From positions 114,576,001-114,640,000 of the forward strand of contig OX597815.1 in the NCBI GenBank assembly GCA_951406725.2: a stretch of 64,000 nt of DNA. Direction: 5' to 3'. A program made the position numbers and the translations under genes. Below, piece after piece: positions 40,461 through 55,278 of this stretch; within the stretch, counting starts at the first letter, position 1, and the number at the start of each line of letters is the position of its first letter. Under the pieces are notes generated by a model, which was not told the origin of the DNA, did no database searches, and saw nothing but the letters and a program-made list of their open reading frames with translations. Origin of the DNA: Octopus vulgaris (lineage: Eukaryota).

Positions 40461-42549
40461 TAGTGGTGGTTTGGGTGGTGTTTAACCGATCGGGGTGTTG
40501 GACCTACGGCCTAGAACTATAACAAGTATTATGGTAATCGTCGCCGTTCCACAACGAAAATACATTAGACAATGCAGTAGTTCCAAATATAGAAAAAAAA
40601 TCGAGATTGTCCTGTCTAGAACACCATTGGCCATAAGACTGCTCGATTATAACTGATCTTGGGCTTAACAACTACAACTCCAGCCTAGATCAGCTTCAAC
40701 AGTTCTACTTCTACAGCGATCTGCACCACACACAAATGCATTACTATGATTTTCAACACAATCTCAGGATTTTTGCAGTTGCTCGTTGCGAGAAACAACA
40801 GCTAAACCTACCTCTGGTCGCATTCTGCCGTCTTAAAAAAGAAAGGATTCGTTGGATAAAGTAGACATAGATACACAGATTGCAAACACGGAATAGTCAC
40901 GACTTTGATAATAAGTCTCTTTGACTTGAATAACACGAAACAATGATGGAACGTATACATTGTCATTCGACTTGCTAGAAATAACAGCCAAATCACTTCT
41001 ACATCGCACTCTGTTATCTGAAAAAAATTGGATGGCCTATAGAAGTGAAAGTGTCTCGAAAGTTGACTAATTATTAGACTTTATTTACATCAACACTCAA
41101 TGTCACACTTGTGCATACCCATTTAGTTCACAACTATTATACACACGCACACACAAATATATACAATCGCATACAACTTCTCTCAGATACTAACATATAC
41201 ATATACACTCACAGACTTCAGAACCCTTCCTTTGGGCATTTTCCCCTTAACGCATCTTCCCCAAACTCGTCTCTGATATAAACCACTAACTCTATCTTCT
41301 TCCTGTCCACCATTGATAAACATGCTTCGCCTTTGAGAACCCTATATTGCTTTTTATATATTTTTCATCCAAGTTTTTCTTTCTCTTCGTATCTATCTTG
41401 GCAAAAGACAACTGCCCAAAACGTCAATATCTCTTCCTTTCTTTCACAGCGCAAACATTGGCCTTGGTACTCTTGCTAATTTTTGTTATGCCTTGCTTGG
41501 TTTTCTAAATTTTGGTTGTGTTTTACCCTTGATATACAAGAATTATTATCTTTAATAAATCTAAAATACTCATATTTGCAATACAGTCCTCAGTAATATA
41601 TCTCGGCTGATAGACAGGCTGTATAAAGCCTTAATACATAAATTTGTTGGTAAAGGCTACTATTTCCTGTTATAGATATTTTTTCGTGCTAACCTATTTA
41701 CTGTATCTGTTTCAGCTTTGATCGTCTGATTATTGCTGCACTACATCGTACATCTGCACTAGACCAAAGGTTTCACATCCCTTTCCGTCAGAATCATGTA
41801 TATTATCTCACAGTGATAGTTATATTCCAGTATTTTTGCCTCTCTCTTTATTGCATTTTAAAATTTGACGCCTTCAGAAAAGATAAAAGAAAAATATTAA
41901 AAGTAATTAATGTAAAAACTGATATTTTTTCTTAATCAATATTATACGCTGCTTAATTATGTATAATTTTGAATCAGCAACATATTCTTGAAATAAAATA
42001 TTAAAGAAGTAATATATTTGACAACCAAATAAAATTTCAGTCGAAATTTGCATAATTATTGAGTAAAGTATTATTAAATTTCAGTTTAAGTTAACAACTA
42101 ATTTTGCACGAGCTGAAAGAGCCTCTAAGTAGTCCTTCAGTCTAGTATTTATTGCAGCCAAAATTCCCTCAAATTATGCCCTACAATTTTTTAAAAATGT
42201 AAAAAGAAAAGAACATGCATCAGATGCACGATGCCTGGAATAAAAGATGGGATAGTCACAGTGGAAACACCTTTGATCGTGGGTCTGCTCAATCAAGGTT
42301 AACTTAGAGCCAAGCAACAACAACATAAGCATTAAATACAACACAATATCACATGCAGCCAACGAGGTGCCTCAAGCTGACTCTATCTGCTAGAAATAGT
42401 AACCAAGTTTCTTCAAATTTCATCCTACCGACTTTAAAAAAATGGAATTATAGGACTTCATGATCCCAGAATATACATAAGCATTTGATCATAGATCTTC
42501 TCAGTCAGAGCTGACCTACAACCGAACAACAACTCGTTTGCAACATTTT

Positions 42550-43362
42550 TTTCGGCTCTTTATGTTCTGAGTTCAAATTTCGCCGAGGTTGACTTTGCTT
42601 TTCATCCTTTCGGGGTCGATAAATTAGTATCAGTTGAACACATGGATTGATGTAGTCGCCCTACCACTTCACTTTTAAAAAAATTGTTGACTTTGTATCA
42701 AAATTTAAAACCATTATTACTGTGGTCGCTAAGGCGGCGAGCTGGCAGAAATGTTAGCATGCCGGGCAAAATGCTTAGCGGTATTTCGTTTGCCGCTACG
42801 TTCTAAGTTCAAATTCCGCCGAGGTCGACTTTGCCTTTCATCCTTTCAGGGTCGATAATTTAAGTACCAGTTACGCACTGTGGTCGATATAATCGACTTA
42901 ATCCCTTTGCCTGTCCTTGTTTGTCCCCTCTGTGTGTAGCCCCTTGCGGGCAGTAAAGAAATAAGAAACGTTAGCACGCCGGGCGAAATGCTTAGCAGTA
43001 TTTCGTCTGCCGTAACGTTCTGAATTCAAATTCCGCCAAGGTCGACTTTGCCTTTCATTCTTTCAGGGTCGATAAATTAAGTACCAGTTACGCACTGGAG
43101 TCAATCTAATCAACTGGCACCCTCTCCACAAATTTCGAGCCTTGTGCCTAGAGTACAAAAGAATCGTTAGCACGACGGACAAAATGCTTAGCAGCATTTC
43201 TCCTGGTATTACGTTCTGGGTTCAAATTCCGCCGAGGTCAACTTTGCTTTCCAACATTTCGGGGTCAATAAAATAAGTACCGGTCGAGCACTGGGGTCGA
43301 AGTAATCGATTTACCCCCGCCTCTGAAATGTCTGGCCTTGTGCCAAAATTTGCAACCATTAT
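42550..43362 (+). mobile_element. SINE family 1 cluster including a nested trimer (42731-43362; tails B, A, C)
   Basis: One head at 42731 followed by three bodies of increasing divergence. Confidence 0.9.
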
Positions 43363-43501
43363 TATTGTTGTTGTGGAAGCTGAACGGGTCTTGTGCATTG
43401 TTTTCCTTTTTAGAAGTCTGTTTTTTGTTGATTTTATTATTCTACTTTGTTTCTTAGTTAACAGAACCATAAGGGGCTAATTAAACGTTTTCGTTACTTA
43501 C

Positions 43502-43794
43502 CCTACGGGGCAAAATTTTAAAAGAAAGTTTTTCGAAGCATAGAAAAAGTTTTCAAAAATAGCGTAGTCTTTGCCGACCAGCGAGCAAGTAAGAAAGGTG
43601 GGAAAAAGTTTTGAAGGTGAAACCGTCTTTTGCTGTTGTCTTCTACTACACAATACTACAGACGCAGTAGTAATTAAAAACAGTAACAACACTATCAGTA
43701 GCAACAACGACGACGATGACGACAGCAAGAGCAACAATAACAGTTGCGGTTATAAGAAGAATGACATGTCAAATAAAGAAGCTCGCAAAATCAC
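43502..43794 (-). other. Candidate non-coding (UTR/lncRNA) exon
   Basis: Acceptor tttttctgtttcag|G at 43794 and donor AGG|GTAAGT at 43502; possible upstream donor GAAG|GTAAAT at 44164; repeat-poor context; no recognisable protein. Confidence 0.3.
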
Positions 43795-46005
43795 CTGAAA
43801 CAGAAAAATGTGAATTGTCACTGCTGTGGTAACAAACTCTGGCAGCACACATAAAAACCCACCACCACTACCACCTCTGCCGCCGCCAATGCCCGAATAA
43901 TAAGCGGTAACGAGAGTGACAATGATGGTACTAACAACAACAGCAGTGACAGTGAAAACAACCAAAAATCTTTCATTTGCGAAGATCAACAACGTTTTCG
44001 ACCTTGTCTCACTTGAATCTAGAAAAAAAATACATTAACATTTAGAAGAAGAAGCGAAGAAACACGACTAGAAAAGAAAAAAAGTTATGCTTTTGGACCA
44101 AACGAAACGGGAAACAATTCTGTACAGATTCTTATCGATGAAAAGACAAATGAGAACATTTACCTTCAGACCAAGCGGAACTGTTTAAAGAACATAAGGC
44201 AAAGTATCAATTTCGTGGAAGATGCCCATAAATTTGGATCCACTCGGGAATCCTAACCCAGAAGCACTCCGTTCCACAAAGGACTGAATATTTTACATCG
44301 ATACCAATTTACCTGGGACACCACCCATCAGAAATCTAGTTCTGGTGGGTGGTGAAATGTGTGGTTTTGGAAGATCCTAGCACACTGCTAGAAATATAAA
44401 AATTCAGAAAAGAAAATTGAGTTGAGATGGGGCTGGAGATTCTCATTCAGGTAAAACATGTGACACTGGACAAAATCCCCGACCTAACAGACATCCCAAG
44501 AGGGCAACAACTAAATTGCTCTCCAAATTACCCTTAAAAGAGGGAAAAACATTTGAGATAATGCAATCCTAGCTACCCCTAAATAGATGAAATGGCTGTG
44601 ACTGGAATGAAAAGGAATACCCTTAATTCTAAGTCTACTAGATCAGTGTACAGCTAAGGCTAAACATTAGATTGGAGAGTGGAGGAAATACGTCTCAAGT
44701 TTCTCCCATTGTGCTTCCACGTAATACATCGCTACATTTTGGAGTGTGCAGTGTGATCCTTGGTAAAAAGGAAACCAGAGAGTCTTTATCCAGAATGCTA
44801 GATTTCTGATACATACGCAGGCATTTGACCTTCGACTAGTTACCAACCAGTCATGGAACTGTTCGAGCAGAACTCACTGACAACGACAACATACAAGTAC
44901 CTTTTAAGTCGGCTTAAAGTGAATTTTCACAGAGAAGGGCGTATTGTAAATTAAATCAAAATTACAAACGCACCGCCAATAATCAATCTATTTTAAATTA
45001 CAATATTTAATTGAGAGGGTTAATTACAGTAACACCTGTAGTAAGAACAAAATCATTAACTTGAATATTTTATTGTTTGTATTGAGTTAGTAATTTTAAT
45101 TAATTAAACATGTTTAGACTATTTTTAGTCTGTTAGCCCTTCACATTTTTTTCTTTGAAGAACGCGTCCCTGAATAAGCCAACCTCCTTCCAAAATCCTT
45201 CTTATATTACAATAAAACGTATTTTATCGATGCCCTTGGGGATAAAAGGTTTACTTAGTCGACCCCCAAAGGGATTTGAAATCGGAACAGGAAAAGACGA
45301 AAGTTAATACTGACATGCACTTAAATTGACACATTACTGTCGTCACGTTCATCTTTACTTCAAATTAATTAATAAAATTAGCCGTGTGTTTTTATATTAA
45401 ACAGGGCCAACTAATGTACTGATCTCCCACATCGACAAAAATGTGTCAGTTTGTTCATGCTAATATAATTTTGTTTATGTTATTCACATATGGCATATAT
45501 GCGTATACATGCGCACATGTGTGTGTGTGTGTGTTTTGGGTGGGTGGATGGATGGATGGATGGATGGACATATATGCACTTAGGATGTCGAATCGTTAAA
45601 AAAATTCGCTTTGCAACTACGAGGTCTCGGATTCGATCCCGCTGTGTGGTGTCTTAAGCATATGTCTATCATTTTTATAGACAAGGATCGGTCCATATCT
45701 TGTGAGCCAAATTGAGTTGATAGGAACTGTATTACAAGCCAGTCGGATTAATTTTACCAATCGTTCAAGAGACACAGTCATGTCTCACACACACACAGTC
45801 TCGTTGACTCTGCCCGAGAATTACGCTATGGTTACAAGTGCCGAATCTTCCTCGTTGAAACCGATGAAGAATGCTCCAGTCACATGTTTATGTATTCATG
45901 TAGACTAGAAGGAAATTGCAGGTGTAGGAGTGATAATAATCTTAATTAATTAAACCTGGAAAAATATAGGACAAGAAAAATGGGATACAAAAATAATGCA
46001 GCTGA

Positions 46006-46224
46006 AGTTGTAATTTGTATTTAAATAATATGCCTTTTGGGTGGCTTCGGATGTGGAAAGGTAGGAAAAAAATTAAAGGAAAGGCTACATTGCCTTTGAG
46101 CAGAATTTTGGCAATGTAGCCTTTCCTTTAAATTTTTTCCTACCTTTCCACATCCGAAGCCACCCAAAAGGCATATTATTTAAATACAAATTGCAACTGC
46201 CTTTGAGCAGAATTTTGGCAATGT
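46006..46224. repeat. 89-bp inverted repeat (15-nt spacer) plus 27-bp direct duplication
   Basis: Arms 46006-46094 / 46110-46198 with 2 mismatches; 46198-46224 repeats 46091-46117. Confidence 0.95.
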
Positions 46225-46359
46225 TTTAAAATTTGAATGGCCATTTTCTTTACTCTATATTACCTTTTTATATGCATATCTAATTGAAATCGTGCCCAAT
46301 GATTTAAGAAAGATAAATATAATTTTGTGCACTTTGGAGAAAGAAGGCTTGTGCACTTT

Positions 46360-46768
46360 ATCTTTTATCTTTTACTTGTTTCAGTCATAAGACTGCGGCC
46401 ATGCAGTGACAACTCCTTGAAGAACGTTTAGTCGAATGTATCGACCCCAATATTTTTAAAGCCTGGTACTTATTCTATCGGTCTCTTTATCCAAGCGCTC
46501 AGTTACGGGAACGTAGACTCACCAACGCCGGCTGTCAAGTGGTGAGTGAAGGGATAAACACAAACAAGCAGACACACACACTCACTTAGATATGTTTATG
46601 ATATTTACATATATACGACGGGCTTCTTTCAGTTTCCGTCTACCAAATCCACTCACAAGGCTTTGATCAGCCCGAGAAGACACTCGCCCAAGATAACACG
46701 CAGTGGGACTGAACCCCGAACCATGTGGTTGTTAAGCAAGTTTCTTACCACACAACCACACCTGCTCT
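46360..46768 (-). mobile_element. SINE family 2 copy
   Basis: Colinear with 9233-9660. Confidence 0.8.
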
Positions 46769-48384
46769 TATCTACACAGGTTTATAAAAAACACGAACGT
46801 TGTGGGGTTGGAGTTTCAGAGTATTAATAACCCAAGAGTGTTGGGTTTCTAGAGCTTCATGGACATAGATTCTTAATATTTTGTCATTAGGCGGCATAAA
46901 TTTTACTTTTTAATTTAGGAAGATAGACGTCACATAAGCCACCACATTATTTGTCCAGGATATTGTAGCCTATTTGGCTGTTACTAAGAAAGTCAAAGTG
47001 CATCGCAGTCAGTCTTCACTACCAGTAGATGAGCTCTTATTTCTGCATACTTAAATGTTAGCTCAACTATAATAGGAAAAACATGAGAAGTGGGTAACTG
47101 AGCAGTTTTAAATGTTGAAAGATGGACTACATTTCCATGATAAACGAGTGCTTCAACTCCACCGCATTTTATTTAATGTAGAGAAAATAGAGAAAGTTCC
47201 ATATAGGATTTTCTTCACAGAAGGAGTTGGAAGCTAAAGAGAGAGACTACTTTTACAATTGAATGAAACTAAAACATTTTTTTTATTTCAATTCGAAATG
47301 CAGCTGCATTATTTTAAAGCTTCCATTTTTTATCTTGTACTTTTCCAGGTTCTGTTAATTAAAAATATCTTTTCTCCTGCCCCCACATTTTCCTTGATAG
47401 TACAATCTTCTTGCAGCCAAAAAGAAAACTAAATAAACAAATGTTAAGACAAAACTAAAAAAAAAATATAATAGGTAGACAAAATTGAATTTTTTTTCAA
47501 AATGTTTTAAGTACTATATAGGAAAAAGTAAATTTCATATACTGACAAAAAGTAAATTATATAAACATGCTAATGAGGAAACCGAGACGAAGAGGAAAAT
47601 GCCATTAGAGCAGCTGTTAATAAATTAAATGACGTCCGTTAGAAAACAGTACATCAAATATGAATTCACATGCCTGAGAAACACCGTGAGTTTCCTCGTC
47701 GTAACAGAGTTAGACAAGTAAGTTTTAAATGTTTCAAACGATTATAATTCAATTTCTTTAAATGTGATTTGTCCACACTCTTTACAGCCCTTGCAACACT
47801 CTAGGGAACCCTTTTTCTCTTAGAAAAACACTGCCAAAATGTATCTTGGATGTGAGTAGAATTATTATTGAAGACTCGGAAACGAACCAAGTGATAGGGA
47901 ATGTTTAAGAATTGAAGTTGCGTGGCACTGGCACTATTAACATTATAATTTTCTGGTTCCAAATGAGTCAGGCATTACAGCGAAAAGAAATACGAGGACA
48001 AGAGTTGCAATTCATGGTCACACTTTATTCAAACGCCTAATGGAAGGTACAGCAATGATTGATACACCTTAAATGATACTGTCAGAAAATATACATATCG
48101 GTTTCTCATTATGTGTGCTGGACGGAACACAACAGCGCGTCAAAGCTCTCTGCTGAATAATTCTCTTCTCTGCATACTGAGATCCCAACTTGACCATGCT
48201 TCAAATCACGCTGGAGAAAAGCGGGAAGGATTCCTCTTTTAAAAGCTGATGGTACGCTCCAGCGAAGAGACACAATTTGCCCGCGCTAAGCTGGTCTGTC
48301 ATGTGATGGGATTGGATAGCCCGCGTAAAACTAAGACTCGACGATCACATGACCAAATGTAGAAAACACGCGTATGAGTCGATA

Positions 48385-49657
48385 CGAGGGGCATTCAATA
48401 AGTAATGCCCCTGACCCACTTCACATAGCAGTAGAGCAACGACACTTGGCACAGTTATTAGTCTTCTTTTACATAGGAACCACCCAGAGTTACGCATTTC
48501 TCCCATCGTTTGATGCAGCTCTAGAGACCGTTTTTGTAGAAGACCCCAGCTTGGTCCTCCAACCACGACCTCAGAAATCAAGGTTGCATCATCTGGGAAA
48601 CGCTTTCCTTTCAAAAACAACTTCATGGGTGGGAAGAGGTGAAAATCCGAGGGTGCAAGGTCAGGAGTGAAGGGGGTTGGAGGAGGAGTTCATAGGCGCA
48701 CGCCTGTGCTTCTGATCTGGCGACCATCGAGTTGTGGACCGGAGCGTTGTCCTGCAGGAGGAGGATGCCTTTGCTGATCTTGCCCCGCCTCTTGATTTTG
48801 ATAGCTTCTCTTAATTTCCTCAAAAGTGAAGCATAATAGGCTCCTGTAATTGTGGTACCCTTTGCCAGGAAATCTGTCATCACTACTCCGTCCTGGTCCC
48901 AGAAGACTGTGAGCATGACCTTGCCAGCGGAGGGCTGCACCCTTGCCTTCTTTGGAGGAGGTGAGTCACGGTGTTTCCACTGCATTGACTGGGCTTTGGT
49001 CTCTGGATCATAGTGATGGACCCAGGTTTCATCCTGTGTAATCAGTCTTTTGAAAAATGTTGACTCATCTTCATGGCACATCTCCAAATTCATCCTCGAG
49101 CACTCGACGCGTTCTTGCTTCTGGAAAGGTGTGAGCAACATGGGAATCCATCTGGCAGACACCTTTTACATATGCAAATGGTCATGAATGATAGTTTCCA
49201 CAGACCCGGTACTAATCTTGACCTCATGGGCTATTTGGCGAATAGTTATGCGTCGATCTTCCAAAATGGCAGCCTCAACTTGACAGACAGATGCCTCATC
49301 AATGGCAGAAGGAGGGTGACCAGATCTGGGGGCTGTTTCCACAGAGTTCCGACCATGTTTGAATTCACGATGCCAGCGTTTTACAAGGTCATATGATGGG
49401 GCATCATCACCATAAGTTACTTTCATTTCATCAAAAGTCTCCCGTGGTGTGCGTTCTTTCAAATACAAAACCCGGATCACTGCTCGACACTCAACAGGCT
49501 CCATTTCACACTTGACTCAGTTCAAACACCTGTAAATCAGAAACCACAATTAGTTTAGATCTGTAATTTGCTACGTATTCTATAGAGATATAAATAATTG
49601 CACATGCAAAATTTCAGCAAGATCAAACAACACCATTTGGATCAGGGGCATTACTCG
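48385..49657 (-). mobile_element. Near full-length mariner transposon (Himar1/Hsmar2-like)
   Basis: TA at both ends; TIR cgaggggcattcaataagtaatgcccctga; other TIR tcaggggcattact-cg with a deletion; ~1.27 kb. Confidence 0.92.
48440..49504 (-). pseudogene. Mariner transposase pseudogene
   Basis: MEPVECRAVI...PRSGHP, SARWIP, ITQDETWVHHY, GKVMLTVFWD, QDNAPVH, SPDLAPSDFHLF; one stop and frameshifts. Confidence 0.92.
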
Positions 49658-49689
49658 TATTTAGGTATTTAAGCTTAATCAGTCGAATG

Positions 49690-50015
49690 ATAATTTAATT
49701 TAATTTTTAATTTAATTTAATTTTTTTGGCTCAAAAAGCAAGGCCATGTAGGTGGACATGGAGTTATGTACAGGGAGAGTGTTCATACAAAGAGTTCAGG
49801 CCATTTCTGGTCAAGAGAGACTTTGAACCGAGCGGTTGTCGGCATCTTCATTATCTCGTCCGGTAGCTTATTCCACGGATCCGCAACCCGGACGGAGAAA
49901 GCCCCTCTCCTTCGATTGAGATGAAATCGTCGTAGATAGAGCTTTTCGGAGTGACCCCGCAGCCCACGCTCTGGAGCAGGAGTGAAGAACAGCTCTTTCG
50001 AGAGGTTACATTCTT
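49690..50015 (-). mobile_element. CR1-clade LINE 3' end
   Basis: LRGHSEKLYLRRFHLNRRRGAFSVRVADPWNKLP...FKVSLD; short 3' UTR and (AATTA)n tail. Confidence 0.85.
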
Positions 50016-50849
50016 CTGCTACAGACATTTCTAGTTGAGAGTAGAAACCAATTGCAAGTCTAAGAATCTCTAAGATCCTGCAGCTACTGAAAAAATAATG
50101 ATTCTCATATTTCATAAATTTACGTTAAATTACTGTTTTTGTCTGAAGGCTTAAAGTGTGGTTTTGCATTGGTTTTTAGAAACGATTTCAAATTTTTAAT
50201 AGTTACCAACACTACAGCGAGAATTAAAAGCAGAATCATATGGTTACAAACTCTATTTCATCTCGATAACAAAGCGGTGACAAAAAATTAACCAAATATT
50301 TCGATGTAGGTTTGTTATGGAGGAGAGAGGACAACTACTCTGATTCATTCTTTTATTTCTGTTAGACGGAAGTCGAGACGATGTCAGGGGTCACACACTT
50401 ACTGATTCAACCACATGATTTGTTTTGTTTTTTTCTACCAATCTTAACGAGGTTTGCAGAATTAAATCCCTATTATTGAAATCTTTTAAGTGCATCTGAA
50501 TAATAATAATACATAAAGAAACTTTGCTGCTTAGAATTTGCCTCTATGTGTTACTCCTCCACATTTGAAGACAAATTTTATCGTAACCTTTTCTTACCAA
50601 ATCAATGTTCTATTATAATATCTGAAATGTGGCGGAACACTGTTCCTTTTCAATGAATTTAGCCACGTATAATTTGGTCAAGAATTGGATTAGGTAGAAA
50701 GCGTAGAAGTAGTCACGAAAATAAATGTTGACCTTAAAAATATTACTTTCCTCATTTCCGTGAGTGAATAATATACTAACAGAAGTACTCAGACATGCCT
50801 GGATGATGAATCAAAGTAAAGTGAAACAAAAGGATATGGTTTAAGTGGA

Positions 50850-51680
50850 AACTGGCCTGGCTGCTATATATTACATGTTTAACTAATACGTAGAAGAGTT
50901 GCTTGTTCCTTTATAAATATGAACATAAATAAGACGATTGGTTCTAATTTGAGGGTAATTTATCCACTATTCCATGCAGTGGACCCTCGTTGAGTAACAC
51001 AGTATATTAAGAGAAAATTGTCTGCTTTTTCTAACACGTGTGATTGCAATGGCTCATGCATATGCTCATATATCACCCCAATAGAGTGTGATTATAAAGA
51101 GATTAGACAGCTATGTCTAACAAGTCAAGATACCATATAAAGGCTCTGTCATTGGTTACTACATATAAGCATACGACATTAGAGTGTAATCTGCAGGTAA
51201 TTTGGTTACTATTTCTTGCAGATCGCACGACTACAGAGAGCTTTTCATTATTAGAGCATTCTTATATGTGGTAATAGATATTAGCTATGCGAGATTTGGC
51301 TGCCATTTCCAACAGGTGTATCTACCTGTACCAAGTTCTCATAGTTCAAATCAAAGATTTTGTTCATGTGCGTATACTCACAAGCACAAACGCATACATA
51401 CATATATACGTACGTACGTATGTACGTACAGTAGAGTGCATTTTGAGGGTGTGGCTTCAGGGAGATACGGTGGCTATTTCAGTCAGATCTAGCTGCCATA
51501 TAGATGTCACTCTCGTTAACTCATCTAAAATATGTGCACTTACATAAGAAAATAGTTTCAGGGAGATATGACAACTAATTTTATCAGGTCGAATTACGAT
51601 TTAGAGGTCTCTCTTGTAGGGTCGAGCGTGTGAAGAATAAGAGCGATATCTGAAGATAGATCAGCTATTTCTACCAAATT
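50850..51680 (+). repeat. Ancient degenerate tandem array (~8-9 units, spacing mostly ~90-100 bp)
   Basis: Recurrent gagatttggctgctatttctagcagg-like motif at ~50951, 51011, 51099, 51196, 51291, 51461, 51562, 51652. Confidence 0.6.
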
Positions 51681-51697
51681 GAGATGTCTAGATACTG

Positions 51698-51738
<41 letters not shown>

Positions 51739-51766
51739 TACACACACACACATACACACACACACA

Positions 51767-51847
<81 letters not shown>

Positions 51848-52045
51848 AGATGGAAAGATGAATTATCTTGTTACGGATTATTCAAAAGTTTAACCGATAC
51901 CTGGGTAGCAAAAATCACAGAGAAAGCTGCAATATGGTATCCTTATTTAATCAGAGTTTGGAAAATTGTGGCCTTTGAAACATGTGTAGAATGTAATAAA
52001 AGGAATTCTGTACAATCTTCGTTCAACTCCATTTCTTCCATTCAC

Positions 52046-52106
<61 letters not shown>

Positions 52107-52219
52107 TAAAATCGGGTATATTCACTTGATGAAAACAATTTTTTTTCATACGATGCAATAACTCTATTCATCAATAACAACACGTCTGAAACAGCTGTAG
52201 CAAGTGGACCACTGTCCAT

Positions 52220-53620
<1,401 letters not shown>

Positions 53621-53639
53621 GAGTTGTTGAGTAACTGCC

Positions 53640-54270
53640 TCAACACCTAGTCATAGTACTGTAAGAGCTGGGTCAGGCAGCTCCTCCCTGGCCGAAACTA
53701 TGCTGGGTATCACTCAGAAAGTCGTTTCCTTCAAGGAATGTGATTAGTTTCCCTCTGACTATCCGTTCCATGACTTTGTTGATGTGTGAAGTCAGAGAGA
53801 TAGCTCTATAGTTTTTGGCATCTGCTCTGCTCCCTCCTTTATGGATTGGGCATATTATTCCCTCCTTCAGTTTGCTTGTCAGCCTGTCATTTGCACGCTT
53901 AAACAGTTTGAGGATTGCTAGGAAACCATCAGGACCAGCAGTTAAGTTTGCGTCCACCTATGACTAGTAGTATATCTTCTTCACAAACGTTGATGTAATC
54001 CATCGTAACTGCCTCGCTGGTTAGAGGGGAAGCGGCAAAGAAATCCACTGGTTCATTCACTTATTTGTGTTCCAGCGTAATGGTAAAGACACTTTTGAAC
54101 TGGTCATTCAGTACCTCACTGATCCTGGTCGGACAATCTGTGAGGGAGCCATCCTTTTGGAAGAGGGGTCCTATTTTGCAGCGTACTGAGGCTGTTTCTT
54201 TGGCATAGTGTAAGAAGGCCTTTGGGTTTAACTTAATGTTTTTTTATAACCCATGCTTTTTTGCCTGCTC
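53640..54270 (-). mobile_element. CR1-type LINE ORF2 internal relic
   Basis: NPKAFLHY...IGPL...LNDQFKSVFT; AGPDG...PIHKGGSRADAKNYRAISLTSHINKVMERIV...QHSF. Confidence 0.85.
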
Positions 54271-54768
54271 TCTTATATATAAAACAATAGAGTTTAATTT
54301 GAAGGCGATTTGTTTATTGCTTGAAGCAAGTCTGGCTACTAAATAAAAGTTTCCCTTGTTAGCTCTTATATATATATACATATACACATATATAAGACAG
54401 TAGAAAAGTAGTTGTTAGGTAGCCTACAAAGTTTGCTGAATTTCTGTTTTTTTCAAGGCGTGGTTGTTGGGTACAGTTCTATAGAAGACAATGTTCTGAC
54501 ATTTAAAATGTTGCCCAGTTTGTTGGTGTAAATGTTTATATTTAATATAATGAATAATGAACATAGTTAATTTATTTGCCTTACGTTTAGTGTTGGTAAA
54601 TACAATAGAAACGGTTTCCAGTTACATCATTAAAAGGGAATTTCTATTAGTGTGACTAAATGCTTTCAAGATACAATCGCAGGCGTCATTCATTGTTGCT
54701 ATTCTTATATTCTCATATTTAATCTACTGGCGGACTGAAGTTTGCAATCTCGTTGTTAATGTGCCGAA

Positions 54769-54850
<82 letters not shown>

Positions 54851-55163
54851 CTTAATTGGATTGATATTTTTATTGACTGCTTTATATCCAGATGCACATA
54901 CATTAAAAGACAACCGTCATTGATTTGAGCCCAGTTCCTGCCATTCATACTACGGTGGAAAAGGAAGTTGCCTGACGATATCCTAAGACGTATTGTTGTT
55001 TCCACGCATTTATTTCTTCACACTCGTTCTATGACATTGATCGGAGATTCAAGTGAATAGATAATGCCAAGGTTTCTCGATTTCATATGAAAACATTCAT
55101 ATTTTTATTTAATTTTATTTTAATTTTTATATATTTAATTGTGTATTACTTTTTAAGTGTCTA

Positions 55164-55278
<115 letters not shown>

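Noticed and set aside
40011-40522. ORFs rich in GGSD, poly-Ala or PPSL resembling structural proteins
   Set aside because: Several frames are open only because of a 12-bp GC minisatellite; no signal peptide, splice support or unique coding flank.
47350-47717. Plus-strand exon candidate (ttttccag|G ... CAA|GTAAGT)
   Set aside because: AT-rich with no ORF; such sites arise by chance and conflict with the minus-strand candidate.
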